Part shown: positions 1 to 9,606 of the stretch, in pieces | How positions within the stretch are numbered: position 1 is the first letter of the stretch | How the letters are laid out: each line of letters opens with the position of its first letter | NCBI GenBank assembly: GCA_029838195.1 | Contig: JALGVJ010000015.1 | Location: 34,852 to 98,851 of the forward strand | Direction of reading: 5' to 3' | DNA length: 64,000 nt | From: Promethearchaeota archaeon | GTDB taxonomy: Archaea > Asgardarchaeota > Lokiarchaeia > Sigyniarchaeales > SOKP01 | The notes under the pieces: generated by a model | Databases searched by the model: none | What the model was told of the DNA's origin: nothing | Seen by the model: only the letters and a program-made list of their open reading frames with translations | Made by a program: the position numbers and the translations under genes

Positions 1-1
1 A

Positions 2-3000
2 GAACAAGAAGAGGAACAGTGGCGCTTGTTAGAAGAGGAAGCTAAAGCCTTAAAAGCCCAAATTCAAGAAGAATTGAAAAAGAAAAATGAACAACTATTT
101 GAAATTCAAAAACAAGAGAGAGAAAAAAAGGAAATTTCAAACCGTGCTCTCTCATTGATAACAGAAGCAGAAACTATGGTTGAAACTTATGAGAAACTCA
201 TGAAAAAAGGAGAACGACCAGAGTGCGTGTATCCGCAAGTGATTGAGAATTATCAAAAAGCCATGGAGCTTTTTACATCCATTGATTGGGTGGATGAAGC
301 GGAGAAATTAAAGGATCCCATTGCTCACTATGAAGAAAAACTAAGAAAAGATCAAAAAATAAGGGAAATGGAACTCAACTTGAAAAAAAAGGCAGAAATA
401 GCTGAGAAAGCTTATAAATTAATGGATCATGCCATAACCGCTGTTAACATGAAAGAGTTTGATGAAGCATTGGAATTGTATCAAGAAGCTAAAAACCTTT
501 TTACTTCAATTAATAGAAATTTAGAAGTTGCTAAAATAGATATTTCAATTGAAGAGGTGAAGAAAGAAAAAGAACAATACTTGCTCAAGTTAGAAAATCT
601 TAAAAGGAAAAAGAAAGAAGAACAAGAACTTTTAGCCCAACTGGAAGCGAAGGCGAGAGGCCAGAGACTCCAATTTCAAAAGGAAATGGCAAAAAAGAAT
701 CAACAGCTAAAGCAATTATCTAAAATTGAAAAAGAGAAGAAAGTAATCTCCGAAAACGCATTATCCATGATAATTGAGGCAGAAGAAAAAGCAGAAAATT
801 ATGAAAAAGCCCTAAAAGAAGGTAAAAAACTTGCTTGTGTTTATCCGGAAGTAATTAAACTGCTTGAAAATTCAAAAAAACTGTTGGAAAGCATTGAATG
901 GACGGAAGAAGTTTCGAGAATTCAAGAATCCATTCAATATTATAAGAACAAATTAGAGCAAGATAAAAAATTAAGAGAACTAGAAGAGGCAAAAAAGTTA
1001 GAAAAAGAATTAACAAATAAAGGCTATGAATTAATGGAAAAAGCCATTATCCAAGTAAACATGAAGAATTTCGATGAAGCCATTGAATTATATAAAGAAG
1101 CATTAGCGCTTTTTGAAAAAATAAATCGCGAAATAGAAATCGAAAAGATCACCATATCATTAATGGAACTTGAACAAAAAAAGAAAGAAGAAGCACTAAG
1201 ACTAGAGAAGGAACGAAAAAAAAAGGAGGCACAATTATTAGAATTTCAAGAAATGGAAGCACGTGCAAAAGCAGAAAGGAAAAGATTACAAGAACAGTTA
1301 AAAAAGAAACAAGAACAATTTCTTGCAGTTAAAAAGAGAGAAAAAGAAGAAAAAGAGAAAGCTGAAAATGCACTTTTCATAATTAATCAAGCAGAATCAT
1401 TGGTAGAATCCTATGAAAAAGCTTTAAGTAATGGACAACGGCCAGAATCAATTTATCCTAAAGTCATAGAATTATATGAAAGCGCACTTCAATTATTAGA
1501 AGAGATTGAATGGAAAGAAGAAATTGATAAGATTAAGGAAGCAATTGACTATTATAAGGAAAAATTAGATGAGGATTTAAAATTTAGAGAATTAGAGGCG
1601 AAAAAGTTAGAGGAAGAAAAAATAGCTTCTGAAGCATACCTTTTAATGGAGAAAGCAATTTCCTTGGTTAATATTCAAGAATATAGTAAGGCGTTAGATT
1701 TATATGAAGAAGCAAGAAAAAAATTCCAAATCATTAATAGACCTATAGAAATAGAGAAAATAGACGCATCAATAGAAGAATTACATAGAATTGAAGAAGA
1801 AAAAATTGAAAAATTAAAAAGAAAGCGAATGGAAGAGATTAAAAGAAGAAGGGAAAAGGAAGAATTTGAAAAGGAACTCTTGGCAGCAAGGAAGAAGTTA
1901 AAAAAAGAAATGGAAGAGAAAAAGAAAAAACAATTAGAAAAGCAAGAACGAATCAAGAGAGAAAAGCAAATCTCAGAAGAAGCTTTTTCATTAGTTAATA
2001 AAGCAGAAAATATGGTAGAAGAATATCATTTAAAATTAAGTAAGGGCGAAAGTCCTGAAATTGATTATAATAAAGTCATCGAATTATATGAACAAGCTAT
2101 AAAAAAATTAAAAAGCATAAATTGGCAAGATGAAGTAAATAAGCTTTTGGATGCTATTGAATATTATAAACAGAAAAAGAAAGATGAAGAAATTCTAAAA
2201 AAATTAGAATTAGAAGAGAACAGAAAGGAAAAAGAACTTGAGAAAGCATATACATTAATGGAAAAAGGCATGGAATTGTTTAAACAATCAAAATATGAAG
2301 AAGTTATTCGACTTTATGAGCAAGTTGCTCAAATCTACAAGCAATTAGAAATGGAATATGAATTGATGACTATTGAGAATTTAATCTTAGAAATTAATGA
2401 GAAAAAGGCTGCTGAAGAAAGAGCTCTAAAAGAGGAGGAAAAATATCGGGAGGAGATTGAGAGAGAATTATTAGAGCGACAAAGAGAATTAACTAGAGAA
2501 TATAGCGAGGAGCAGAAGCGAAAACAAAGAGAAAAGGAGCTGTTAAAAGCTGAAAAATTGAAAAAACAAAAAGAAAAAGCAAAAGCTAAGGAAGCTCATG
2601 AGTATATAGACAAGGCAGAGGAATTAGCTAAAAATTACAAATTAGATATAAATGTAGCATTTGAAAAAGTAGAACAATTATTCAACAAAATCTTCGATTA
2701 TTATCAAAAAGCTAAAAATATTTTTGAAGAAATTAATTGGAGAGAGGAAGTTAAAACATTAGAAGAGACGATTGAATATTATCAAGAAAAGCTGAGAGCA
2801 GACAAGGAATTTCGAGAGATTGAAACACAAAGAAAAAAGCAAGAACAAGAAGAATTAGAACGCTTGGAACAATTGGCTCGCATGGCTAAAGAGCGAGAAG
2901 AGTTGATGAAAAAAAGGAAAGAAAAATTGTTATTAAAAGCTAAAAAAATAGCAAAAGCCCATGAGGAAAAGAAAAAGAAAGCTTTTGAGTACTTGGATGC

Positions 3001-4183
3001 AGCAAATGAAGAATTAAATAATAATAATCACGATAAAGCACGTGAATTATACCAATTGGCTGGCGAAATATTTGCTAGCATTGATTGGCAAGAAGGCGTT
3101 TCAATGATTAACGAATCCCTTGAAATGGTTGAACAACGTAAAAGAGAAGTCGAAAAGCAACTTAAAGAAGAAGAACAAAGAAAACATGAACAAGAATTAT
3201 TTCATAGAGAAATAGAAGAAAAAATAGCTGAACTTGAAAGGATTAAGCAACAAGAATTAGAACAGAAGCGAAAAGAACTTCTAGAGAAGCAAAAACAGCA
3301 AAAAGAACAAAGAGAAATTGCGGATAAAGCTTTTAAGTTGTTAGAAGAGGGCACGCGATTTTTGGAAGTCAATAAATTTGACGACGCAGAAGCGAGATAT
3401 ATACAAGCACGAGACCTTTTTGGCAAAATTGGATGGACCCATGAAATTTCTAAAATAAATAATGAATCCTTATTGAATTTAAGAAGAAAGAAAGCCTTAA
3501 TCGCACGTTCAAGAGAAGAACAAAGAAAAGCTAAAGAATTGAGAGAACGGAGAGAAAAAGAAATAGAAAAACAAAAGCAAATTCAAGAAAAAGCCCTTAA
3601 AAAATTACGAAAGATAAAAATCATGGATAAATTTGACGAATCCATCCAACAAGAGTATGAAAAAGCTCAAGAATACCTCAACTCTCATGAATATAACCAA
3701 GCCGTCCTTATCCTTAAAGATGTCGTGGATAAATTAGAGAAAGCAGGAAAACAAGATGAGAAAGAAAAAATTAAATCCCAAATAATGCAAATCATGGAAC
3801 AATCAAGAATCCCCATCATTACATTAGAAGAAACAATTTCTCCAAAAGAATTAGACTATTTCATTGCAACTTGGCGAGCCCTCGATAAAGCAAACATTTC
3901 TCTTGCCAATAATTTGCCCATGAAAACGATTTCTGAATTAAAAGAAGCCATCTTTAACATGCAACAAACTCAGCTGTCTAAAAAGTATCTTGAAAAAATT
4001 AATTCCCTAATGAACGAATTAAATATTGAATTGGGAAGAAAAAGAAAAGTACCACTCAGTGATGCGGGTGATAAATCCGAAACGGAGATTCAAAAAGATG
4101 AATTAGAACAAAAGATCCAAGAACGAAGAAAACAACGTGAACAACGCATTTTAGACTTATTAAAAAAAAAGAAAATTGAATAA
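2..4183 (+). CDS. Giant helical-repeat protein (TPR/MIT-like units plus charged coiled coil), 5'-truncated by window edge
   Basis: Frame is open from position 2. I-x-W motifs at 281, 893, 1505, 2117 and 2732 are 612/612/612/615 nt apart. Contains 'A..L...A......Y..A...F' helical units and E/K/R-rich linkers. Confidence 0.85.
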   Translation, partial: EQEEEQWRLLEEEAKALKAQIQEELKKKNEQLFEIQKQEREKKEISNRALSLITEAETMVETYEKLMKKGERPECVYPQVIENYQKAMELFTSIDWVDEAEKLKDPIAHYEEKLRKDQKIREMELNLKKKAEIAEKAYKLMDHAITAVNMKEFDEALELYQEAKNLFTSINRNLEVAKIDISIEEVKKEKEQYLLKLENLKRKKKEEQELLAQLEAKARGQRLQFQKEMAKKNQQLKQLSKIEKEKKVISENALSMIIEAEEKAENYEKALKEGKKLACVYPEVIKLLENSKKLLESIEWTEEVSRIQESIQYYKNKLEQDKKLRELEEAKKLEKELTNKGYELMEKAIIQVNMKNFDEAIELYKEALALFEKINREIEIEKITISLMELEQKKKEEALRLEKERKKKEAQLLEFQEMEARAKAERKRLQEQLKKKQEQFLAVKKREKEEKEKAENALFIINQAESLVESYEKALSNGQRPESIYPKVIELYESALQLLEEIEWKEEIDKIKEAIDYYKEKLDEDLKFRELEAKKLEEEKIASEAYLLMEKAISLVNIQEYSKALDLYEEARKKFQIINRPIEIEKIDASIEELHRIEEEKIEKLKRKRMEEIKRRREKEEFEKELLAARKKLKKEMEEKKKKQLEKQERIKREKQISEEAFSLVNKAENMVEEYHLKLSKGESPEIDYNKVIELYEQAIKKLKSINWQDEVNKLLDAIEYYKQKKKDEEILKKLELEENRKEKELEKAYTLMEKGMELFKQSKYEEVIRLYEQVAQIYKQLEMEYELMTIENLILEINEKKAAEERALKEEEKYREEIERELLERQRELTREYSEEQKRKQREKELLKAEKLKKQKEKAKAKEAHEYIDKAEELAKNYKLDINVAFEKVEQLFNKIFDYYQKAKNIFEEINWREEVKTLEETIEYYQEKLRADKEFREIETQRKKQEQEELERLEQLARMAKEREELMKKRKEKLLLKAKKIAKAHEEKKKKAFEYLDAANEELNNNNHDKARELYQLAGEIFASIDWQEGVSMINESLEMVEQRKREVEKQLKEEEQRKHEQELFHREIEEKIAELERIKQQELEQKRKELLEKQKQQKEQREIADKAFKLLEEGTRFLEVNKFDDAEARYIQARDLFGKIGWTHEISKINNESLLNLRRKKALIARSREEQRKAKELRERREKEIEKQKQIQEKALKKLRKIKIMDKFDESIQQEYEKAQEYLNSHEYNQAVLILKDVVDKLEKAGKQDEKEKIKSQIMQIMEQSRIPIITLEETISPKELDYFIATWRALDKANISLANNLPMKTISELKEAIFNMQQTQLSKKYLEKINSLMNELNIELGRKRKVPLSDAGDKSETEIQKDELEQKIQERRKQREQRILDLLKKKKIE

Positions 4184-4210
4184 AAAAATAAATTTTAAAT
4201 AAATTAGAAT

Positions 4211-4441
4211 TTAAACTGCTATTTTTTCAGAAATTGGCAACTTTAATTCTTCATTTTCCCTTTCCACTTCTGTTGCTCCATTATTTCCATTGATTACCTC
4301 ATCAATTTTGAATTCTGTCTTGATCAAGTCTCGAATCGCCATTCGAATTGCCTCGCTTCGATTTGGAAATCTCCCTTCAGCAACTAATATTTCTAATAAA
4401 TTTAAATAATTTTCTGGAATGTTTAATGAAATTAATCTCAT
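4211..4441 (-). CDS. Ribbon-helix-helix (CopG/Arc) regulator, CdrS-like
   Basis: MRLISLNIP...GRFPNRSEAIRMAIRDL RHH signature; GGAGG Shine-Dalgarno upstream. Confidence 0.85.
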   Translation of the reverse strand: MRLISLNIPENYLNLLEILVAEGRFPNRSEAIRMAIRDLIKTEFKIDEVINGNNGATEVERENEELKLPISEKIAV

Positions 4442-4494
4442 TTTTTACCTCCCTCTTTTTTTTTTTTGATATCACGTGTTGATTAAGATCATAT

Positions 4495-4516
4495 ATATCA
4501 TAGTGATATTTAAATA
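4495..4516. promoter_or_regulatory. Palindrome ATATCA-N3-TGATAT abutting a TATA-like box upstream of the RHH gene
   Basis: atatca tag tgatat at 4495-4509, then tttaaata; an additional half-site at 4469. Confidence 0.35.
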
Positions 4517-4710
4517 TTTTAGAGAAATCAACCCCAACAAATCCGACATTATTCGGATATAGATTCTGGAGCATGAGAAAAAACATTCACCATAATTTTT
4601 AACTACTTTAAGTGATTACCTCATCCTCTCTTCAATAGACCCATGAATAAATTATCCTTAAATTTTAACTTTAATTAAATAATTTAATTTCATACTAATC
4701 GTGAACTTAA

Positions 4711-4971
4711 TTGTCTAAAACACAAAAAATTAAACAAAAAATAATTATTAACAACTCTAAATGCACATCATGTAAAATTTGCATGATGTGGTGTAGCTAT
4801 CAATTTTTCAAAAGATTTATTCCCTCTAAAGCCCGAATCAGAATAGAAAATGAATATGATTTACAACCCAACATCGTGTTTTTGGAATCATGTACGCAGT
4901 GCGGTCAATGTGCTCTACATTGCGTTTATGGAGCATTAATTCTTAAGGAGGAGAGAGAAGAAAATGAGTGA
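4711..4971 (+). CDS. 4Fe-4S ferredoxin-like subunit of AOR
   Basis: CTSCKICMMWC and CTQCGQCALHC motifs; overlaps the AOR start. Confidence 0.85.
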   Translation: MSKTQKIKQKIIINNSKCTSCKICMMWCSYQFFKRFIPSKARIRIENEYDLQPNIVFLESCTQCGQCALHCVYGALILKEEREENE

Positions 4972-6871
4972 GTGGAGTGGATACACGGGAACTATTTTAG
5001 AAATTGATTTAACTTCGAGAAAGACCTTCTCAATTAAGGAAAATAAAGAGGATTTGCGTCAATTCTTGGGAGGGTTTGGCATGAATTGTAAACTTTTCGC
5101 TGATCGTTTCGTGCCTAAAGTTGACCCCTTATCGCCCGAAAATTTTGTAATTATAGGGACGGGGCCTTTAGTTGGAACGATAACACCAGGAGCTTCGAGA
5201 ACCGTTGTTATCTCAAAATTTCCCGCAACCGGGGCTATAGCTAATTCCTGTGGAAGTATGAGTTTCGGCTTTCAAATGAAGCAAGCGGGTTATGATCATG
5301 TGATTATTCATGGCCGAGCTGAAAAACCTTCCTATTTATTAATTATTGACGATGCCGTGGAAATTAGAGATGCATCCAAAATCTGGGGTAAAGATATCGT
5401 GAATTCCACTAACTTTTTGAAAAAAAAGCATGGTTCGAGCGGAGTTATTTCAATTGGACAAGCGGGTGAAAATTTAGTAAAAGGAGCGTTAACACTCATT
5501 GATAATACTTCCACGCTTGGAAGGGGTGGATTAGGCGCAATTTTGGGGTCAAAAAACGTAAAAGCAATAGTTGTAAAAGGAAAAAGAGGTATAGATATAG
5601 CCCATCCTACAGTATTTAATGAATTGTATGAGAAGTTCATGGAAAGAGTACGGAATTACCCTCAGAGAGAATCGTGGTTGAGCCTTGGAATGTTAAGAAG
5701 TTTGCCAATTGGGATGTTATTATCATTAAAAGGACAAAAAACAAAGGTAAAACAAGTTAGTGAACGGACGTATTTAAAAAAAATAAAAGCAAGGCGCATT
5801 GCATGTCCTTCTTGTCCCATGGCCGACAAGGACATTCTATTAATAAAAGAGGGAGAATTTCAAGGTTTAATTAACTATACTTCTTCGGTTATCAATCCCT
5901 TTCTCATGTTCACGTTAGAAGGGTTAAAATCGCATGATGAAGCAATAAAAGCTTTTGATCTAATTAATAGATATGGATTAGATTCATTAACCATTACTGC
6001 GCTACTCGAATTTTTAACTCAAATGCAAGAAAAGGGGATTTTAACGGAGGACATCACGGGAATAAAGTTTTCTACGGATTATAAGAGTTTAGAGAGACTC
6101 ATCAAAATGATTGCGTTCCGTAAAGGATTTGGAAACATACTCGCGGAAGGTTGGGAGGGGTTAGCTGAATTAAATGAAAAAATAAGGGAGGAGATGCTTG
6201 TCATAAAGGGTTTAGATGTGGTATTCGAACCGCGACTTTTACGCCTGGGCACGATGGAATTTGAGCAAGTAGTAAATCCTAAGGGAGCTCATATCGCATC
6301 CGGTGGCTCTCCTACTTATGTAGGGGCTGCGAGTTCTATTGATAAGTTTGAAACGCATTTTCATAGAATGGGGATACCAAACGATGCCATAAAACGAATT
6401 TTTAATCCTCCTAAAAAAGATTTATTAATTGATATTGGTAGATTAACCCGTTATTCAGAAGATTGGTATGCCCTTTTAACTTCACTCGGTTTGTGCGCTC
6501 GGGCTCAAATGAATCGATTTTACAACTTCCGGCTAATCCGTGAGATCTATAATTCTGTTACTGGTTTTAATTTAAGTGAGGACGAATTTCGTAGAACTGC
6601 AGAACGATCATGGAATTTGCTTAAAATCTTAAACATGAAAGAAGGATTTTCGAGAAAGAATGATAAATTCCCCTCGAATTGGTTTAAACCATTGAGATAT
6701 GGAAAACTCACTCTCGAAATCAAGGATTTTACGGGAGAAACGAGGATTACGGAGGAATTAGCCATTGAATTGCTTGATAATTATTATGATGAGCGGGGGT
6801 GGGATAAAGAAAATGGGCTTCCTACAACTTCAAAGCTAAAGCAATTGAATTTAGAGAGGTATTTGACATGA
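4964..6871 (+). CDS. Aldehyde:ferredoxin oxidoreductase family (W/Mo-pterin), divergent
   Basis: GYTGTILEIDLT, SIGQAGENLV, GRGGLGAILGSKNVKAI, YYDERGWD...GLPT. Confidence 0.9.
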   Translation: MSEWSGYTGTILEIDLTSRKTFSIKENKEDLRQFLGGFGMNCKLFADRFVPKVDPLSPENFVIIGTGPLVGTITPGASRTVVISKFPATGAIANSCGSMSFGFQMKQAGYDHVIIHGRAEKPSYLLIIDDAVEIRDASKIWGKDIVNSTNFLKKKHGSSGVISIGQAGENLVKGALTLIDNTSTLGRGGLGAILGSKNVKAIVVKGKRGIDIAHPTVFNELYEKFMERVRNYPQRESWLSLGMLRSLPIGMLLSLKGQKTKVKQVSERTYLKKIKARRIACPSCPMADKDILLIKEGEFQGLINYTSSVINPFLMFTLEGLKSHDEAIKAFDLINRYGLDSLTITALLEFLTQMQEKGILTEDITGIKFSTDYKSLERLIKMIAFRKGFGNILAEGWEGLAELNEKIREEMLVIKGLDVVFEPRLLRLGTMEFEQVVNPKGAHIASGGSPTYVGAASSIDKFETHFHRMGIPNDAIKRIFNPPKKDLLIDIGRLTRYSEDWYALLTSLGLCARAQMNRFYNFRLIREIYNSVTGFNLSEDEFRRTAERSWNLLKILNMKEGFSRKNDKFPSNWFKPLRYGKLTLEIKDFTGETRITEELAIELLDNYYDERGWDKENGLPTTSKLKQLNLERYLT

Positions 6872-6962
6872 AGTCATGTATCATGTAAACCAAAAATTTT
6901 TACGAAACCATCCATTATTTTACTTACAAGTTTATATAGATTAATCAGGAGGAAAAAATATA

Positions 6963-7289
6963 ATGACAGATATTCAAAAGCAATTAAAAGAACACCTAGA
7001 AAATGGCAAAGATTGGGAGCAAATGGAAACGCCTATTCCGGGCGTGTTTATCGTGAAAGGTCCTGGAAGTAAAAGACGGCCTCCCATGTTATATTTAGAG
7101 ATTAATCCGTTAAAAGAAGATGGGACTCCCATGAAACGAAAAGGACTCTTTATTAATAATTATGAAATGTTAGTAAAATTTTCTGAAGCATTGAACGACG
7201 ATACTACGTTAAAATTAATTAAAGAAATTGAAAAGGTAAATCCTAAATTAAATACTAAGAAATCTTCAGTAAAAAAATTACAGATGTAA
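6963..7289 (+). CDS. Conserved archaeal hypothetical protein
   Basis: Clean ORF with AGGAGG SD; LEINP...G.P.KRKG motif resembles small archaeal hypothetical proteins. Confidence 0.7.
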   Translation: MTDIQKQLKEHLENGKDWEQMETPIPGVFIVKGPGSKRRPPMLYLEINPLKEDGTPMKRKGLFINNYEMLVKFSEALNDDTTLKLIKEIEKVNPKLNTKKSSVKKLQM

Positions 7290-7393
7290 AATCGAGCCTT
7301 TTTTTCAGAGAAATTCAATCAAACTAATAAGTTATTAAAATATCATTAGGAAAACAAAAATACGCATTCCTTGAGAGAGAAGAAGAATTAAAG

Positions 7394-8287
7394 TTAAAGT
7401 TCTTTCATAGCCTGATCTGCTTCCTTTTCTAAGTCTGCTGAATCCACCCATTCTTGAATTTTTTTAAACTCATCTTCTTGTATATCGTAGCTATATTCTT
7501 GCGTGGGATATTTTTCCCCTTTTACTTCTTGTTTATACCCATTGATTGCTTCTTTAATTGCGGCGCCGATATTTCCAAAATATTTTAAAAATTTGGGTTT
7601 AAATTCCGTGAAAATGCCTAACATGTCATGAAGAACGAGAATTTGACCATCACAATAAGGGCCTGCACCAATGCCGATGGTAGGAATATCAAGTAAATCC
7701 GTGATGATTCTTGCCAATTGCCAAGGAATGCTTTCTAATACAATAGAGAATACGCCAGCTTTTTGGAGATTCAATACATCCGTGATGATCTGTTTGGCGG
7801 CATTAATCGTCTTGCCTTGTACCATGAATCCTCCAAATTCATAAATGGCTTGAGGAGTTAGCCCTACGTGTCCCATTACTTGAATGTCTGCCCGTATCAA
7901 TTTTTTAATAAGAGGACATACTTCGGAGCCCCCTTCTACTTTTACGGCTTCAGCACCTCCTTCTTGAATGAATCTTCCGGCATTATAGATAGCATCTTTC
8001 ATATCTACTTTATAAGAAAGAAAGGGCATATCTCCTACAATGAGGGCATTGGATACACCACGTGAAACTGCTTTAGTATGATGGATCATCTCATCAACAG
8101 TCACCGCAAGCGTGTTTTCATTGCCAAGCATTACCATTGACAATGAATCTCCTACTAAAATAAAATCAATGCCGCATTCATCCACCAATTTTGCCATCGA
8201 ATAATCATAAGCCGTGAGAGCAACAATTTTTTCTTTTAATTTTTTTTTTTCCATTAATTTTTTAATAGTCATTTTACGTAGCGACAT
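7394..8287 (-). CDS. panB: Ketopantoate hydroxymethyltransferase
   Basis: LTAYDY, ILVGDSL, GDMPFLSY, VKVEGG, GHVGLTPQ, IGIGAG..CDGQILV.HDMLG. Confidence 0.97.
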   Translation of the reverse strand: MSLRKMTIKKLMEKKKLKEKIVALTAYDYSMAKLVDECGIDFILVGDSLSMVMLGNENTLAVTVDEMIHHTKAVSRGVSNALIVGDMPFLSYKVDMKDAIYNAGRFIQEGGAEAVKVEGGSEVCPLIKKLIRADIQVMGHVGLTPQAIYEFGGFMVQGKTINAAKQIITDVLNLQKAGVFSIVLESIPWQLARIITDLLDIPTIGIGAGPYCDGQILVLHDMLGIFTEFKPKFLKYFGNIGAAIKEAINGYKQEVKGEKYPTQEYSYDIQEDEFKKIQEWVDSADLEKEADQAMKEL

Positions 8288-8527
8288 GATAGAAAATAAC
8301 TTATTTCTTTACTAAAACTTTACGTTTCATGAGGGTTCCCATACTGAATAGTACCATATTTATCTCTAGAAAATTAAGAGATTCTCATGGATTATCTAGT
8401 TCAATTCATCTTACATGAAAAATTGTTCACTCTAATCCATAACGCTAAATTTAAAATTAAATTCCTTTATATTTAAATTAAAGAATAATAAAAATTATAA
8501 TCAGTATTTAAAGGAGATAATTCAACC

Positions 8528-8812
8528 ATGGGAGTAGAATTTGATGGAAAACACTGCTCAGAATGTGGTTCTGATGGCCCTTTTAGGATCGTCGTTGATG
8601 AGTGGATGAGACGAACTTTTCGATTTGTAGAACACGGCCAACTAAAAATGTGTGAAAAATGTGGTGCTAAATTTCTCGTTTGCAAACAATGTGGTGCTTT
8701 ATACACCCGAGTTCATCCCGCTTTAGAGCAATGGGAGCTTTCTACTCAATGTCCGAGTTGCGGCTATGTCGATCAAGAAGTTAAAGCCTGGGATGGCGTT
8801 TCTGCTCGATAG
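8528..8812 (+). CDS. Small zinc-finger protein (4 CxxC pairs)
   Basis: CSEC, CEKC, CKQC, CPSC; AGGAG SD. Confidence 0.75.
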   Translation: MGVEFDGKHCSECGSDGPFRIVVDEWMRRTFRFVEHGQLKMCEKCGAKFLVCKQCGALYTRVHPALEQWELSTQCPSCGYVDQEVKAWDGVSAR

Positions 8813-9111
8813 AACGATAAAGGAAAAGGAAAGAACGTAATAAATGGCAGAATCTTACTATGATTTGGTAATGCCTTAAAAATTAAAGGATGATTTTCTT
8901 TATTTTTATTTTCTTTTAAATTTTAAGCAAGGGAACAAGTAAAATTGGATAGATATCCTTCTTATCCCATTTTTATCGTAACACTAGCAAAATTCTAGAG
9001 AGCTAAAAATCAGAATAAATTAGCAAGAAAATTTAAAATATTAACTTACATATATACATTTAACGTGCAATGATTATTGGAATATTTGTTTCATAAGGGA
9101 GTAAATGGAGA

Positions 9112-9582
9112 ATGTTTAATAATATAAAAATTGAAATTGCTTCCCCTGAAGATATTGATTCTTTGATGGAATTAACCAAGCAATTAGTAGAAGGGTTAAA
9201 TCAAAAGTTTGAAATAAAACGATTTGATTGGGGAATTCGACGTCGATTATATGATCCACTTCAGAGACATGGTATTCTCATTGCTAAAGATGAAAGTACC
9301 AATGAGGTCGTGGGAATGATTATCGCTGAATTGCGGATTGACCCTTTTGGTAGTTCTGAGGGATATATTAAACAATTTTTCATAAAAAATGAATATCGAG
9401 GAAAAGGAATTGGTCGGTTATTATTACAGAGAGCCCTTGAGCACTTGAAAAAAATCAAGGTCGAGCGGGTAAAGGTTAATATTCGAGAGGAAGCTAAGCG
9501 TGCGGCAGATCTTTACAATAAAATGAATTTTAAAAAGGTTTTTGAAGTATTAGAATTAGATTTGAAAAAGGAAAATATATAA
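9112..9582 (+). CDS. GNAT family N-acetyltransferase
   Basis: Acetyl-CoA motif A EYRGKGIGRLLL and A..LY.K..F. Confidence 0.9.
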   Translation: MFNNIKIEIASPEDIDSLMELTKQLVEGLNQKFEIKRFDWGIRRRLYDPLQRHGILIAKDESTNEVVGMIIAELRIDPFGSSEGYIKQFFIKNEYRGKGIGRLLLQRALEHLKKIKVERVKVNIREEAKRAADLYNKMNFKKVFEVLELDLKKENI

Positions 9583-9606
9583 ATGAATGTATTTTAATTT
9601 TTAATC

